Below, piece by piece: positions 14,612-25,701 of a stretch of 64,000 nucleotides of DNA. Every line of letters begins with the position of its first letter. The stretch's first letter is position 1. The stretch covers positions 186,001-250,000 of the forward strand of contig MCFH01000026.1 of NCBI GenBank assembly GCA_002104945.1, read 5' to 3'. The DNA comes from Piromyces finnis finn (taxonomy: Eukaryota > Fungi > Neocallimastigomycota). The position numbers were made by a program, and so were the translations under genes. Below the pieces are notes generated by a model. That model saw only the letters and a program-made list of their open reading frames with translations, was not told the DNA's origin and did no database searches.

Positions 14612-15964
14612 TAAAAATAAAAATTTAAATATGAACAATTAATAGAAATTATCTTTTTATTTTTTTATATAATTCTTTAATATCTTAAAATATTATTGGC
14701 TGGTCAAACCATATATTATTAATATATTATGGAATTTTTTAAATATTTTTTTTATATAAAATAAATAACTTTTTTACAATTAAATAGAAATAAAGAAAAT
14801 GAATTAGAATGGAATAAATATACAAATATTTCACTAATAATATTAATAGGTATTATAAATATTATGTTTTTAAATAAATATATGCTTAACATTTATCTAT
14901 TTATTATTAATAGCAATATTATTATTTTTAAAAAATAAATTAATTAATAAATAAAAATAAATAAATTCGAAACAGTTACAATTACAATATCCCAATTAAC
15001 AGCTTTTTAAAATCTACAATTTAAAATATCACAATAAAATGTATTTTTTTTTTAAATAAAATTCTCTATCCAGTAGTTAAATGTTTTTCATGTTCTTTAG
15101 ATGTTTCTTTTTTTCCTAGTAATTTTAATTATTTTTATTATTTTAGATAAAATAATTGATCAATAACTTTATATCTTCTGTCATAAAGGAATTCAAAAAT
15201 TTAATACTTTATTAGATTCATTTAAATTCTTAATTATAACAATATAGCTGAACTTAGGAAACCTTGTATGTTTCTTTTATATAATAGCATTTAATCTTTA
15301 ATTTTATTTATATTGTTCTATGAAGACTCTATATATGTACTTTATGTACTTTTTAGTTTAATTGAAAATAAATATTTTCGAATCCATAAATTTGTTAATT
15401 CAATAAAGGTAAAAATTTGCTATATATAATAGATAGTAGATATTTTTGAACTTTCTATTAAATGAACAAACAATGGCATTAATAGTTCTACGTGCAACTA
15501 ACTACTAATAATATAATCAGAAATTCTTTTAATTTCTGAAGTATTATAATTTTCATAAGAAAATGACAATAAAAGTAAATGAAAAAAATAATATTGTTAC
15601 TTAAAGGTTATATTAATATCGGTCACACTTCCTAGTTTCCTTTTCTATTATGAATATTATTTTAAATTTATGATTTAAATAGCATTATAAATAATCAATA
15701 AATATTATTAATTTCTCCAATAAAGTTGTAATATATAAATTAATATAAATTCGAATTGGTAAAGGATTTAATTTTGTTATATCTATATTTAAACCGAAAC
15801 ATATATATTATTTCTATTTTAAAACGAAATTTCTCGAATTAAATTATTAATAATAATATATACATTTATATATAAAGAGAAGGCAATATAGATGGATTAG
15901 AAATAATACTTTTAAGTTATGAAAAATTTTGTTAATAAACTTTATAAATTTTTTGTTAAAACTT

Positions 15965-16352
15965 AATTATTAATAAAATTTGTTAGAAAATCTCAAATTT
16001 TAATATAAATTTTATTAATTAGTAAAATGTAGTTAACATAATGTAATGTATTGATAATGTATGTACTTTAGTATTAGATTTAAGTATAAATACAAAAATG
16101 TAATTGTTAATTAAAATTTTTAAATAAATTGTTAATAAATTATCATAATAAAGTAAATATTAATTATTAATAAAATTTGTTAATCAAATTTTAATATAAA
16201 TTTTATTAATTAGTAAAATGTAGTTAACATAATGTAATGTATTGATAATGTATATACTTTGGTATAAGCCATGGATTTTAGTATAAATACAAAAATGTAA
16301 TTGTTAATTAAATCTTTGTAATAAATTATTAATAAATTACCATAATAAAGTA
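15965..16352. repeat. Tandem duplication of a ~195-bp AT-rich unit, probably within the LTR of the copia relic that follows
   Basis: aattattaataaaatttgtta...tagtaaaatgtagttaacataatgtaatgtattgataatg...cataataaagta occurs at ~15965 and again at ~16162. Confidence 0.75.
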
Positions 16353-16370
16353 CATAATAAAAAACAAAAA

Positions 16371-16652
16371 ATTCTAACAGATTAGAGTCTCAGCTGGCTC
16401 AACGAAATAATATATAATAAAATGCCGGAATTTGTATTAAGCGAAAAAGATAAACTACAAGGCAGCTCCAATTTTGACATATGTGTACTGCACAATTGAA
16501 AGCTATTAAAAGGCCAAACAACTTGGTGGTTATATTAAGAATAACTATAAAACATTCAAAAGAACCAAATAAATTCGGACCAAATGATGCCCTTGCAGGA
16601 ATTGCAACAACGCGAGAGACTCAGGTTAACACAACACTAACTAACTATTGTT
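16371..16652 (+). pseudogene. Ty1/copia relic: LTR 3' end, PBS and decayed gag N-terminus
   Basis: attctaaca (LTR end at 16379) is followed by GATTAGAGTCTCAG (PBS-like), then ATG at 16422 giving MPEFVLSEKDKLQGSSNFDI, which resembles the copia gag KLxGxxNxxxW motif. Stops follow. Confidence 0.5.
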
Positions 16653-18500
16653 TGTATTAATAGTATATCTTATTAATAATTTTATTATTTAATATTATTA
16701 ATACAAATTAACCTTAATACTAATTCTAAAGACTAAATTTACATGAATTTTATTAATTATTTTTATATTTACGATTTATAAATATTCTTATTTAATAATT
16801 ATGAATAAACATCATTCATATTGATTGGTAACTTCAATTATTTAAATAAAAAAGAAGAAATAGAAATAGACAAATATTATGGATTACATATAGCAATCGC
16901 TATATTTAATCCACAATATAGAGAACCCAGTGTCACATGACAAGTGTAAAGTCAGACACTAAACCGAATAGATTAGGATATCTAACCTATTACAATAACA
17001 ACATAAAATAAATATGTTTTATAAAGAATAGTTTATTTTTTATTAATTTATTGTAATAAAATTGTTAATAACAATTACATCGATAAAATGATGAAAAATA
17101 TCTTCTATTTATATTTTTCCTAAATACATTTATATTATATTATAACTATTTATTTCTTATATATTATTATTTAAAATCTACACTAAAATCTTAATTATTA
17201 ATAAATATTTAAACTATAACTATTTTTAGTAAAATACAATTGGCAATTCAAATTAAGTACTATTCAATTTGAATATGTGCCCATGTATTATTGATATATT
17301 AATCATTTATTATTTATATATTAGTTATCTATTTCTATGAAAAAACAATACTAAAACTAGGGATTTAAATTGAGAATTTTAATTTACTTGTTAAACATTA
17401 AAAATAAATTAATAATTTATTTTGTTTTAAACTTTAATCATTAATAAATAAATTATGTCTCATTTTCTTTTTCTGTAATATAATTTGTGTAACTTAAACA
17501 ATAATACTAGTGGCTTAAGTTACATTAAAGATATCAAGCTGAGGTGTTTGCTATCTTTATAACAAGTAGGTCAGCGTCCAACAACCTGACGGTGAAGCCA
17601 GCTTGGGGAAAAGGTACAAAATCTATATACGTTACAATGTCCTCCTTCTAATGTCGGATTCCAGACGACATTGAGTGTGGTTTGTCTGGAAACTTTTTGT
17701 GGAAAGCCTTCAGTAACTCGGGGACATGTATGTCTTCTATGTTTTCCCATGAACGATCTTCAGCAGAATATCCTTTCCAATCAACAAGATACTGAAGTAC
17801 TCCGATGTTAATTTTATAATCCAATATTTCATTTACTTCATACTCTAGTTCATCGTTTACTAAAATGGGAGGCGGCTTTTGAATGTCTCGGTTTTCAAAG
17901 GTATTCTCAATATAGGGCTCAAGATTGGATATATAGAAAATGGGGTGTCTTCGGTCTCGTTTGGATGGTTTTAACTTGAAATTTTGATTTTCCAAGCATT
18001 CAATAATTTCTTCACATTTGTTTTTCCTTTGGGATAGAGTAACTATACTTTGTCACCTACATTTAAATTGGGAATCTCTTGTCTTTTCCTATCAGCATAT
18101 TCTTTAAATTTTTCTTGGGCTTCTTTCATATTTTCCTTTAGTTTGTCAAGTGCATACCAATGTCACATACAACTTTCTCCGCTTCTGGAACTAAAGATAT
18201 TATTGGAAGGTCAATTAAAAATTCTGGATCATACTTTAAATTAGCCATGAAAGGTGACATTTTAATGGATTCCTGAATAGCATTGTCATAGGCAAATTTT
18301 GCGAGTGAGATATACGAACTCCAGTCAGAAACACCTGAGATACTGTTCAATTATACTATTAAGTCTTTCTGTTTGCCCATCAGTCTGTTGGTGATGAGCA
18401 ATTGAGAGTTTGGATTCACAGTGAAGCAGCTTACAAAAATGTTGGAAGAATTTGGAATTAAATTGTCTACCGCGATCTAATATAATTTCCTTTGGAATAC
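16653..18500 (-). mobile_element. Element K: truncated, frameshifted chromodomain Ty3/gypsy relic (integrase end, chromodomain, PPT, 3' LTR)
   Basis: Pol fragments 18138..18350 and 17648..17995 (YEVNEILDYKINIGVLQYLVDWKGYSAEDRSWE chromodomain). The stop is followed by the purine tract GAAGGAGGACAT and the LTR start TGTAACG at 17634. The LTR end near 16653 is tentative. Confidence 0.8.
16945..17561. mobile_element. Solo LTR, family L, nested in the LTR of element K
   Basis: TGTAAAG...CTTTATA termini with 5-bp TSD ACAAG (16940-16944, 17562-17566). Homologous segments recur at 18501-19172, 39423-39462 and 41147-41362. Confidence 0.7.
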
Positions 18501-18823
18501 TGTAAAGATATCAAACGCCAAAGATTTATATCTTTAATGTAACTGTTATGTTGAACACTGGAAGAATAGATTAGGATATCTATTCTATTACAATAAAACT
18601 AAAATTTTAAAATAAAATAAAAAATTGTTTTATAAAATGTCTTTTATTATAATAGAATTTTAATAATAACAATTACATTGATAAAATGATAAAAAATATC
18701 TTCTATTTATATTTTTCCTAAATACATTTATATTATATTATAACTATTTATTTAAAATATATTATTATTTAAAACCTACACTAAAATCTTAATTATTAAT
18801 AAAATATTTAAACTATAACTATT
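18501..18823. repeat. Two fragments of family-L LTR (43-bp hairpin terminus plus ~280-bp opposite end)
   Basis: tgtaaagatatcaaacgcc...atctttaatgtaac is followed by gaatagattaggatatc...aactataactatt, both matching parts of 16945..17561. Confidence 0.65.
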
Positions 18824-19879
18824 TGTAAAGATATCAAACGCCTCTGTTTGATATCTTTAATGTAACTTAAGCCACAAGTATTATTGTTTAAGTTACACAA
18901 ATTATATTCAGAAAAAGAAAATGAGACATAATTTATTTATTAATAATTAAAGTTTAAAACAAAATAAATTATTAGTTTATTTTTAATGTTTAACAAGTAA
19001 ATTAATATTCTCAATTTAAATCCCTAGTTTTAGTATTGTTTTTTTATAGAAATAAATAAATAATAAATGATTAATATATCAATAATACATGGGCACATAT
19101 TCAAATTGAATAGTACTTAATTTGAATTGCCAATTGTATTTTACTAAAAATAGTTATAGTTTAAATATTTATTGTAACGTGTATCTATATAAAAATTTAC
19201 TAATATATGAATTCATAAAATTTATATAGAAAAATATTATTTATTTCCCTATAGGTTGATATAATTTGTTTAATTTTATTAGAAAATTGTTTTATTAATA
19301 ATTATTTTTATTTTTAAAAATTAAAGTTACAAGTTAATAAAAACACACCATTTAATTTTTTGATTCAAACCACTTCTATTTATACTTTTTCTAAATCTGA
19401 AGTGGCTAAATAAAAAATTCAATTTTCTTTCGAAATTATTCTTTAAATTAATTAAAAATTACATAAAATGAATCCCGTGATAAAAATACAATAAATATTT
19501 AATTTTTCGAATATTCGAACTTATTCTTTTTTCGAATAAGTTCTATAAGTTTCTATAAGTCATAAATTAAATTGTTAAATAAATAATTTAAAATAAAATT
19601 TAGATCAGGGTGTGAGTCGAACCCGAGTGATCTATATTGATGTCTTAAATACTAACCATTAAGACAATATTAAATTTCTAATAGATTCGTTACATGGTCC
19701 TCCTCCAGGATTCGGATACCAGACGAATCTTTGGATTCATTTTATGTTTTATTAAATAATTTTTTTTTTAAACTATATAACTACTATATAATTAAACTAT
19801 ACTAATTGAATTACAATAAAAATAAAAAAATTTTTTTTTCATATTATACATTTGATATTAAATACATGCTTATAGTAAG

Positions 19880-19922
<43 letters not shown>

Positions 19923-20098
19923 ATAAAATTAAAAATAAAATTAAAATAAATTAAAAATAAAGTTTCTGTTAGAATCATTTCTTTTCGTTAAATTCCTTAA
20001 GTAGCTCTGGACAATTCAAATTATTTTCTGGCTCCCAGTGTAACGAAATATTATAATAATAAACACACACATGTAACGAATCATAGAAATTAGTAACC

Positions 20099-20170
20099 TG
20101 TCTTAGTGGTTAGTAACTAAGACCTTGGTTTGAACTACTCGAGTTCGAAACCTCATTAATATCTTTTTTT
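20099..20170 (+). promoter_or_regulatory. tRNA-type RNA polymerase III internal promoter (A box, B box, T-run terminator) at the start of LTR-B; a second copy starts at ~25825
   Basis: A-box-like TGTCTTAGTGGTTAG at 20099 and B box GAGTTCGAAAC at 20141. The T8-to-G53 spacing is 44 nt, identical to the tRNA-Trp at 46991. A T8 run follows at ~20163. Confidence 0.7.
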
Positions 20171-20480
20171 TAATTATTAAAATATTTTATAACGAAATTT
20201 TACCAAAGAAGATAATTTCTGATTGGCTTAAAAAATTAAGTTGTAAAATTTTTATAAATTTACTTTTAAAAACATTTATATAAATACGAGTGAAATTTCT
20301 CAAAAAATTATTGGGAATTCGAGTTTTTATTAACAAAGAAATTTTATAATAAAAATAAAATTATTAAACACTAACCTGTTATAATTTTGTTAAGTGTTCA
20401 ATAATAAAATTTTTATTTGCTTTTATTATTTTCCTTTTTATATATTTGTGTTTTTATTTATTGAACATTAGTTCTTTACA

Positions 20481-20490
20481 ATAAAAACTC
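20481..20490 (+). promoter_or_regulatory. Self-priming (Tf1-type) primer-binding site of element B
   Basis: ATAAAAACTC directly after the LTR is the exact reverse complement of GAGTTTTTAT at 20321-20330 inside the LTR. There is no tRNA-type TGG start. Confidence 0.75.
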
Positions 20491-21182
20491 CTAAAATATA
20501 TAATAACACCTTAGTGTTTAAAAAAGGAAGAATTTTTAATTTATTAAAAAATTAAGTAAGTCAGTGAAGCTTATTTTAACAATAAGGGTACTGAAAACAA
20601 AAGTAAAACCCACAGTTATTATAAGGGGAGCGCCAGGACGCTTAATTTAATAATAAAGAAAAAATTCATTTTCTAAATAAAACGTTTTCTACTTTTAATA
20701 AATAAAATTAAATTTTATTTATTATTTTTGAAAAAATATTAAAATAACAAAGAAGTTAGGATTCAATACCTCCCTTAGCGTGGATAGTTGGACACCTATA
20801 CGTAATACTTTGTTGTTTAGATATTATTAATAATCGGGGAATTAAACCTATTTTTTTTCTTTCCGCTTAATTAAGTAAGTGACAATAAAGAAACTAATAC
20901 CGTTAATTCCTTTTATTGAAAATTTTCATTTCCAATATTAACAATTGATAATATCTACGTTATCAACAAAGAGCTACAAGGGACCTAGTATTGAATACTA
21001 ATAAAATTAAATATTTGATGGTCCAATACTATTTAATTTGACTCTTTGTCTATATTTAAAATATTTTAATCAATAAATAATAATAAAGATTTAATTTTTT
21101 TTTCTTTCTTAATTTCTTCAAACATAACTTTATCTTATTTACATAATTTTTATTTTCAAACAATTATATTTTTTTAATTTTA

Positions 21183-24100
21183 ATGGAAGGACAAATATTT
21201 GATAACGCCTCACTAAAAGACGGTTTCGCAGGAGACAGAAAATATCTCAAAGGTTTCTTAGCCAAAATAGAACTTGTTTTTCTCCTTTATCCCGAAAGAT
21301 ATCAAGATGAAGAGAGCAAGGTTATCTACCTGATTTCTCGCCTTTATGGAAATGCATTAAATTGGGCCGCTACGCTTATTGACAACCATGATCCATGTCT
21401 GACCAACTACCAAGCATTCAAGGAAAGACTAAAGGCATTCTACGGGAACAATGATGCAGTCTACGTAGCCAATCAAATGCTACGTACTCTCAAGCAACAT
21501 CGTTTGGGCGGCATCAGAGGATACATCCTTGAATTTAACAAATACTCTGATGAATCTAACTGGAATGAAGAGGCTAAGATGGATGCTTTTATCGCTGGGC
21601 TCAACCAAGAAGTTGCAATGAAGATATTAGAGATGTTCCCAGGACCAAGAGATTTGTTTTCCCTCCAAACTATTGCAGCTAGAATAGACTCCAGACTTGC
21701 TACCAGGGGATTATTTTTTGACAAAAATACTAAGGGACCAAGTTCTAATTCCAGCAATGGCTCCAGAAAGGCTTCCACAAATCTAAAAGAACATCCCAAG
21801 AAGAAAAGATACTTTGGTCCGTTATCCAAGGAAGAAAAAGAAAGAAGAAGTAAGGAAAACTTATGTGTCTATTGTGGATCTCCAGGACACCAACTGAAAG
21901 ATTGTCATAAGAGAAGAAATAAAAACTCAGCATTCGAATCTTTAGTTTCTCTACAAAATAATTCTACCAATTCCAAGAAAAATCAACAAGATAGGGTAAC
22001 CTCAAATTTTAAATTATCGTTTGAACTAGACACAAAAATTCTTATAGACTCCGGTTCTACACTTAATCTAATAGATGCCGACTATTGCAACGATCACAAT
22101 ATTCCCTACCACTATGAAGAAGATTTACCCAACGTATTCGGTATTGGTGGTAGCCAAAAACTGTTCGGAGTTACTCCACTTCTTAATCTTCGCTACATGG
22201 ATCACCTATGCCGTACTGTCTTTTACGTTACTGATCTACCTGTATATCCTTGTATTCTAGGTCTACGTTGGCTTAAGGAACATAATCCAAGTATTGACTT
22301 TGAAAATAATAAATTATCCTTTGGTTCTTCATATTGCTTGGATCATTGTATGACTCTCCCTTCGAATGTTCCCGTATTCCATCAGGAAACTTCTGTTTTT
22401 TCTACTGATTGCAATAACTCTTCTTCCGTTTCTTTGCCTATTTTTATTGACAAACCTAAATCTTCTTTTTCAAATTCTAAGTTATCTCATTCTCGTAATC
22501 CCAAAGAAAATCGTTCTAAATCTGTCTTAATTAACAATGAATCTGTTAACGATCCTTTATCACAAGAGACTTGTACTGTCATGGCTTCTAATATATCTCT
22601 TTCTAAAGTTGATTCTTGTTCACCAAAAAACTCTTTTAAAGACTCAAATCCTACTACTAAACTTCCGAAGGAATTAGAATCATATATGGACGTCTTTAGC
22701 GAATCTTCTGCTGCTCAATTACCACCTCATCGTCCTTATGATTGCCAAATAAACCTAATCGAAAATGCCAAGCTATTTTATGGACCAATCTACCCACTAA
22801 CAGACGAAGAAACAAGAGTTTTGAAGGATTATATCGATGAAAACCTCAAAAAGGGTTTCATTAGGAAATCCAAATCTCCTGCTGGTGCGCCTGTACTTTT
22901 CGTTCCTAAAAAGAATGGTGAACTCCGTCTTTGTCAAGATTATAGGGAACTCAACAAAATTACCATTAGAGATTCCTATCCTCTACCTCTGATTCAAGAT
23001 ATGCTAGAGCATCTTGGTAAAGCGAAAATCTTCTCAAAATTGGATTTACGATCAGCATATAACTTGGTCCGAATCAAAAAGGGTGATGAATATAAAACAG
23101 CTTTCACCTGCAAATTCGGCCACTTTGAATACCTGGTAATGCCATTCGGACTGAAAAACGCCCCGGCTGTTTTTCAGCATTTTATCAATGATGTTCTGGA
23201 AAATATTCTAGGGATTTTTGTTTATTCATATATTGACGATTTAATTATTTTTTCTGAAAACCATAAATCCCACATTAAGCACGTTATCGAAGTCCTGGAT
23301 CGCTTAAGAAATGCTGGTCTTTATGCTAAGCTTGAAAAGTGTGAATTCTTTGTTTCCTCTATTGATTTCCTTGGTCATCGGATATCCTCTGAAGGTATAC
23401 ATATGGACCCCAATAAAGTTTCTGCTATTATTAATTGGCCAGTTCCGTCCAGTGTCAAGGAAGTTCAATCTTTTATTGGCCTAGCCAACTACTATCGTCG
23501 GTTTATTCCTAATTTTGCCAAAGTTGCACAACCCCTTCACAGACTACTTCGTAAAAACGTTAAATTTGATTTTTCCTCTGAAGCTCTTGATGCATTTAAT
23601 ACCATTAAATCATTAATTTCATCTGCTCCCATCCTGTCTCACCCAAATCGTGATCTTCCCTTTATTGTTGAAACCGACTCTAGCAACTTTGCTATAGGAG
23701 CAGTTCTGTCTCAAAAATCTCCTGATGATAAAATGATCCATCCTGTCGCTTTCTATTCAAGATCTCTTACTTCCGCTGAAAGAAACTATCCTATATACGA
23801 TAAAGAACTTTTAGCTATTGTTAATGCTCTTGAAACTTGGCGACATTTTCTCAAAGGTGCTTTAACCCCGTTTACTATTTATTCAGATCATCGAAACTTA
23901 CTATATCAAAAGAAACCGGAAAAAATGTCACAACGTCTTGTTCGTTGGGCCCTTTTCCTTTCCGAATTTAACTTTAAAATTCTCTACCGCTCTGGTTCAT
24001 CTAATGGTAAACCTGATGCGCTTTCACGAAGACCTGATTATATGGATTCCTCTCTTCCTTCTGATGCTCCTTTTTCGGTTTTACGCCCTGAGAATTTCTG

Positions 24101-25547
24101 CGCTTTGATTTGTTCCATTTCTTCTCTTAATGATGAAATATTATCTGAATATGTGAACGACTCTTTTTACATTGACATTTGCAATTTTCTTGAAAATAAG
24201 AATCTCCCAGCTCCACATCCACAAAGTAATAAATTCTCCCTTAGTAATAGTTTTCTTCTTTTTGATAGTAGAATCTATGTCCCTTTAAAATGCCGTCCCT
24301 CCGTTTTGAAACTCTGTCATGATTCCCCCTCTGCCGGTCATTTTGGTATCCGCAAAACTATTTCTTTGATCTCTCGTGACTTTTGGTGGCCATCCATTTC
24401 TATTGATGTTAAGAATTATATCCGATCTTGCGAGATTTGTTGCCGCTCCAAGCCTTCTCGTCATAAACCATATGGTTTACTTCAACCCCTTGAGATTAGT
24501 GACCATCCTTGGGCTTCTATTTCTATGGATTTTATTACTGACCTCCCTCCTTCGGATGGATTTAACACTATTCTTGTTGTAGTTGACCGCCTTACTAAAA
24601 TGTGCCACCTCATTCCCTTTAAAGGTATTCCTTCTGCTTCTGATACTGCTTTTGCTTTTTTGAATTATATTTTCAAAATTCACGGTCTCCCCTCTGAAAT
24701 TATTTCCGATAGAGGCGCGCAATTCACTTCGAAATTTTGGAAATCTATTTGTCAATCTTTGGACGTCAATGTTAAATATTCTTCACCATATCATCATCAA
24801 TCCAATGGCCAAACGGAGAGGGTAAACTCCGTTGTTGAACAATATTTAAGATGCTTTTCTAATTATAAAGGAACAAACTGGATCAACTTTCTTCCATTGG
24901 CAGAATTCAGTTACAATAATGCTGTTCAAGACTCAACAAAATTCTCACCATTCTTCCTAAATTATGGTTATCACCCAAAATACTCTCCGGTAATTCCTGA
25001 CCAAACGAATGTTCCAAGAGCTGAAGAGTTTACAAGAGACTTTGAAGACCTAATGGAGAAACTAAAAGAAAACTTAAAGAAGGCCATCCAAGTTCAAAAG
25101 AAATATGCCGACAAGTATAGACAAGAACCTCCGACATTCAAGACTGGTGACAAAGTATGGTTGGATAGCTCCTTGATAATTCATAAAGGAAATAAAAAAT
25201 TTAATCCTAGGAAACTTGGCCCGTTTAGGATAATTAGTAAAATCTCTAATCTCACTTATAAATTAGAATTACCAAAATCGCTGAAGATTTACCCAATTGT
25301 TCATGTTTCAAACCTAGAACCGTATTATGAAGATAGTTTTGGAAGAATCAAAGATCCACCTCCACCTATAATAGTAAATGAAGAAGAAGAATACGAAGTA
25401 GAAGAAATACTTGATAAAAGAAAGCATTATGGGAAGATTCAATATCTAATAAAATGGAAAGGTTATCCGCTTTCAGAAGCATCTTGGGAACCTGAAAGTA
25501 ATTTAAACTGCGATGAACTAATTAAAAACTTTAATAATTCACATTAG
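21183..25547 (+). CDS. Element B single-ORF Gag-Pol polyprotein, 1454 aa
   Basis: CVYCGSPGHQLKDC knuckle, LIDSGST protease, YIDD RT, RNase H (VETDSSNFAIGAVL), integrase (HDSPSAGH/CEIC, SMDFITDLP, ISDRGAQF), GPF motif and chromodomain (YEVEEILD...YLIKWKGY...SWEP). Confidence 0.97.
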   Translation: MEGQIFDNASLKDGFAGDRKYLKGFLAKIELVFLLYPERYQDEESKVIYLISRLYGNALNWAATLIDNHDPCLTNYQAFKERLKAFYGNNDAVYVANQMLRTLKQHRLGGIRGYILEFNKYSDESNWNEEAKMDAFIAGLNQEVAMKILEMFPGPRDLFSLQTIAARIDSRLATRGLFFDKNTKGPSSNSSNGSRKASTNLKEHPKKKRYFGPLSKEEKERRSKENLCVYCGSPGHQLKDCHKRRNKNSAFESLVSLQNNSTNSKKNQQDRVTSNFKLSFELDTKILIDSGSTLNLIDADYCNDHNIPYHYEEDLPNVFGIGGSQKLFGVTPLLNLRYMDHLCRTVFYVTDLPVYPCILGLRWLKEHNPSIDFENNKLSFGSSYCLDHCMTLPSNVPVFHQETSVFSTDCNNSSSVSLPIFIDKPKSSFSNSKLSHSRNPKENRSKSVLINNESVNDPLSQETCTVMASNISLSKVDSCSPKNSFKDSNPTTKLPKELESYMDVFSESSAAQLPPHRPYDCQINLIENAKLFYGPIYPLTDEETRVLKDYIDENLKKGFIRKSKSPAGAPVLFVPKKNGELRLCQDYRELNKITIRDSYPLPLIQDMLEHLGKAKIFSKLDLRSAYNLVRIKKGDEYKTAFTCKFGHFEYLVMPFGLKNAPAVFQHFINDVLENILGIFVYSYIDDLIIFSENHKSHIKHVIEVLDRLRNAGLYAKLEKCEFFVSSIDFLGHRISSEGIHMDPNKVSAIINWPVPSSVKEVQSFIGLANYYRRFIPNFAKVAQPLHRLLRKNVKFDFSSEALDAFNTIKSLISSAPILSHPNRDLPFIVETDSSNFAIGAVLSQKSPDDKMIHPVAFYSRSLTSAERNYPIYDKELLAIVNALETWRHFLKGALTPFTIYSDHRNLLYQKKPEKMSQRLVRWALFLSEFNFKILYRSGSSNGKPDALSRRPDYMDSSLPSDAPFSVLRPENFCALICSISSLNDEILSEYVNDSFYIDICNFLENKNLPAPHPQSNKFSLSNSFLLFDSRIYVPLKCRPSVLKLCHDSPSAGHFGIRKTISLISRDFWWPSISIDVKNYIRSCEICCRSKPSRHKPYGLLQPLEISDHPWASISMDFITDLPPSDGFNTILVVVDRLTKMCHLIPFKGIPSASDTAFAFLNYIFKIHGLPSEIISDRGAQFTSKFWKSICQSLDVNVKYSSPYHHQSNGQTERVNSVVEQYLRCFSNYKGTNWINFLPLAEFSYNNAVQDSTKFSPFFLNYGYHPKYSPVIPDQTNVPRAEEFTRDFEDLMEKLKENLKKAIQVQKKYADKYRQEPPTFKTGDKVWLDSSLIIHKGNKKFNPRKLGPFRIISKISNLTYKLELPKSLKIYPIVHVSNLEPYYEDSFGRIKDPPPPIIVNEEEEYEVEEILDKRKHYGKIQYLIKWKGYPLSEASWEPESNLNCDELIKNFNNSH

Positions 25548-25650
25548 TAATAGTTATTAATTTAAAAAAAAATTAGTAATTGATAAGAGAAAAAGAGAAT
25601 AGAAAATAGAAAATAGAAAATGAAAAAATATATTTATAATTTAATATTCA

Positions 25651-25701
<51 letters not shown>

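Noticed and set aside
15000-15950. Possible decayed transposase upstream of RPB2
   Set aside because: Slightly coding-like composition, but I could not recover any motif in six frames.
16945-17561. Helitron or other hairpin-ended DNA transposon
   Set aside because: TG..(C/T)A inverted termini and a 5-bp TSD fit a solo LTR better, and there is no CTRR 3' end.
20092-20165. A complete tRNA gene inside LTR-B or LTR-A
   Set aside because: No acceptor stem, anticodon arm or proper T stem; only the promoter boxes and a D-arm-like hairpin are present.
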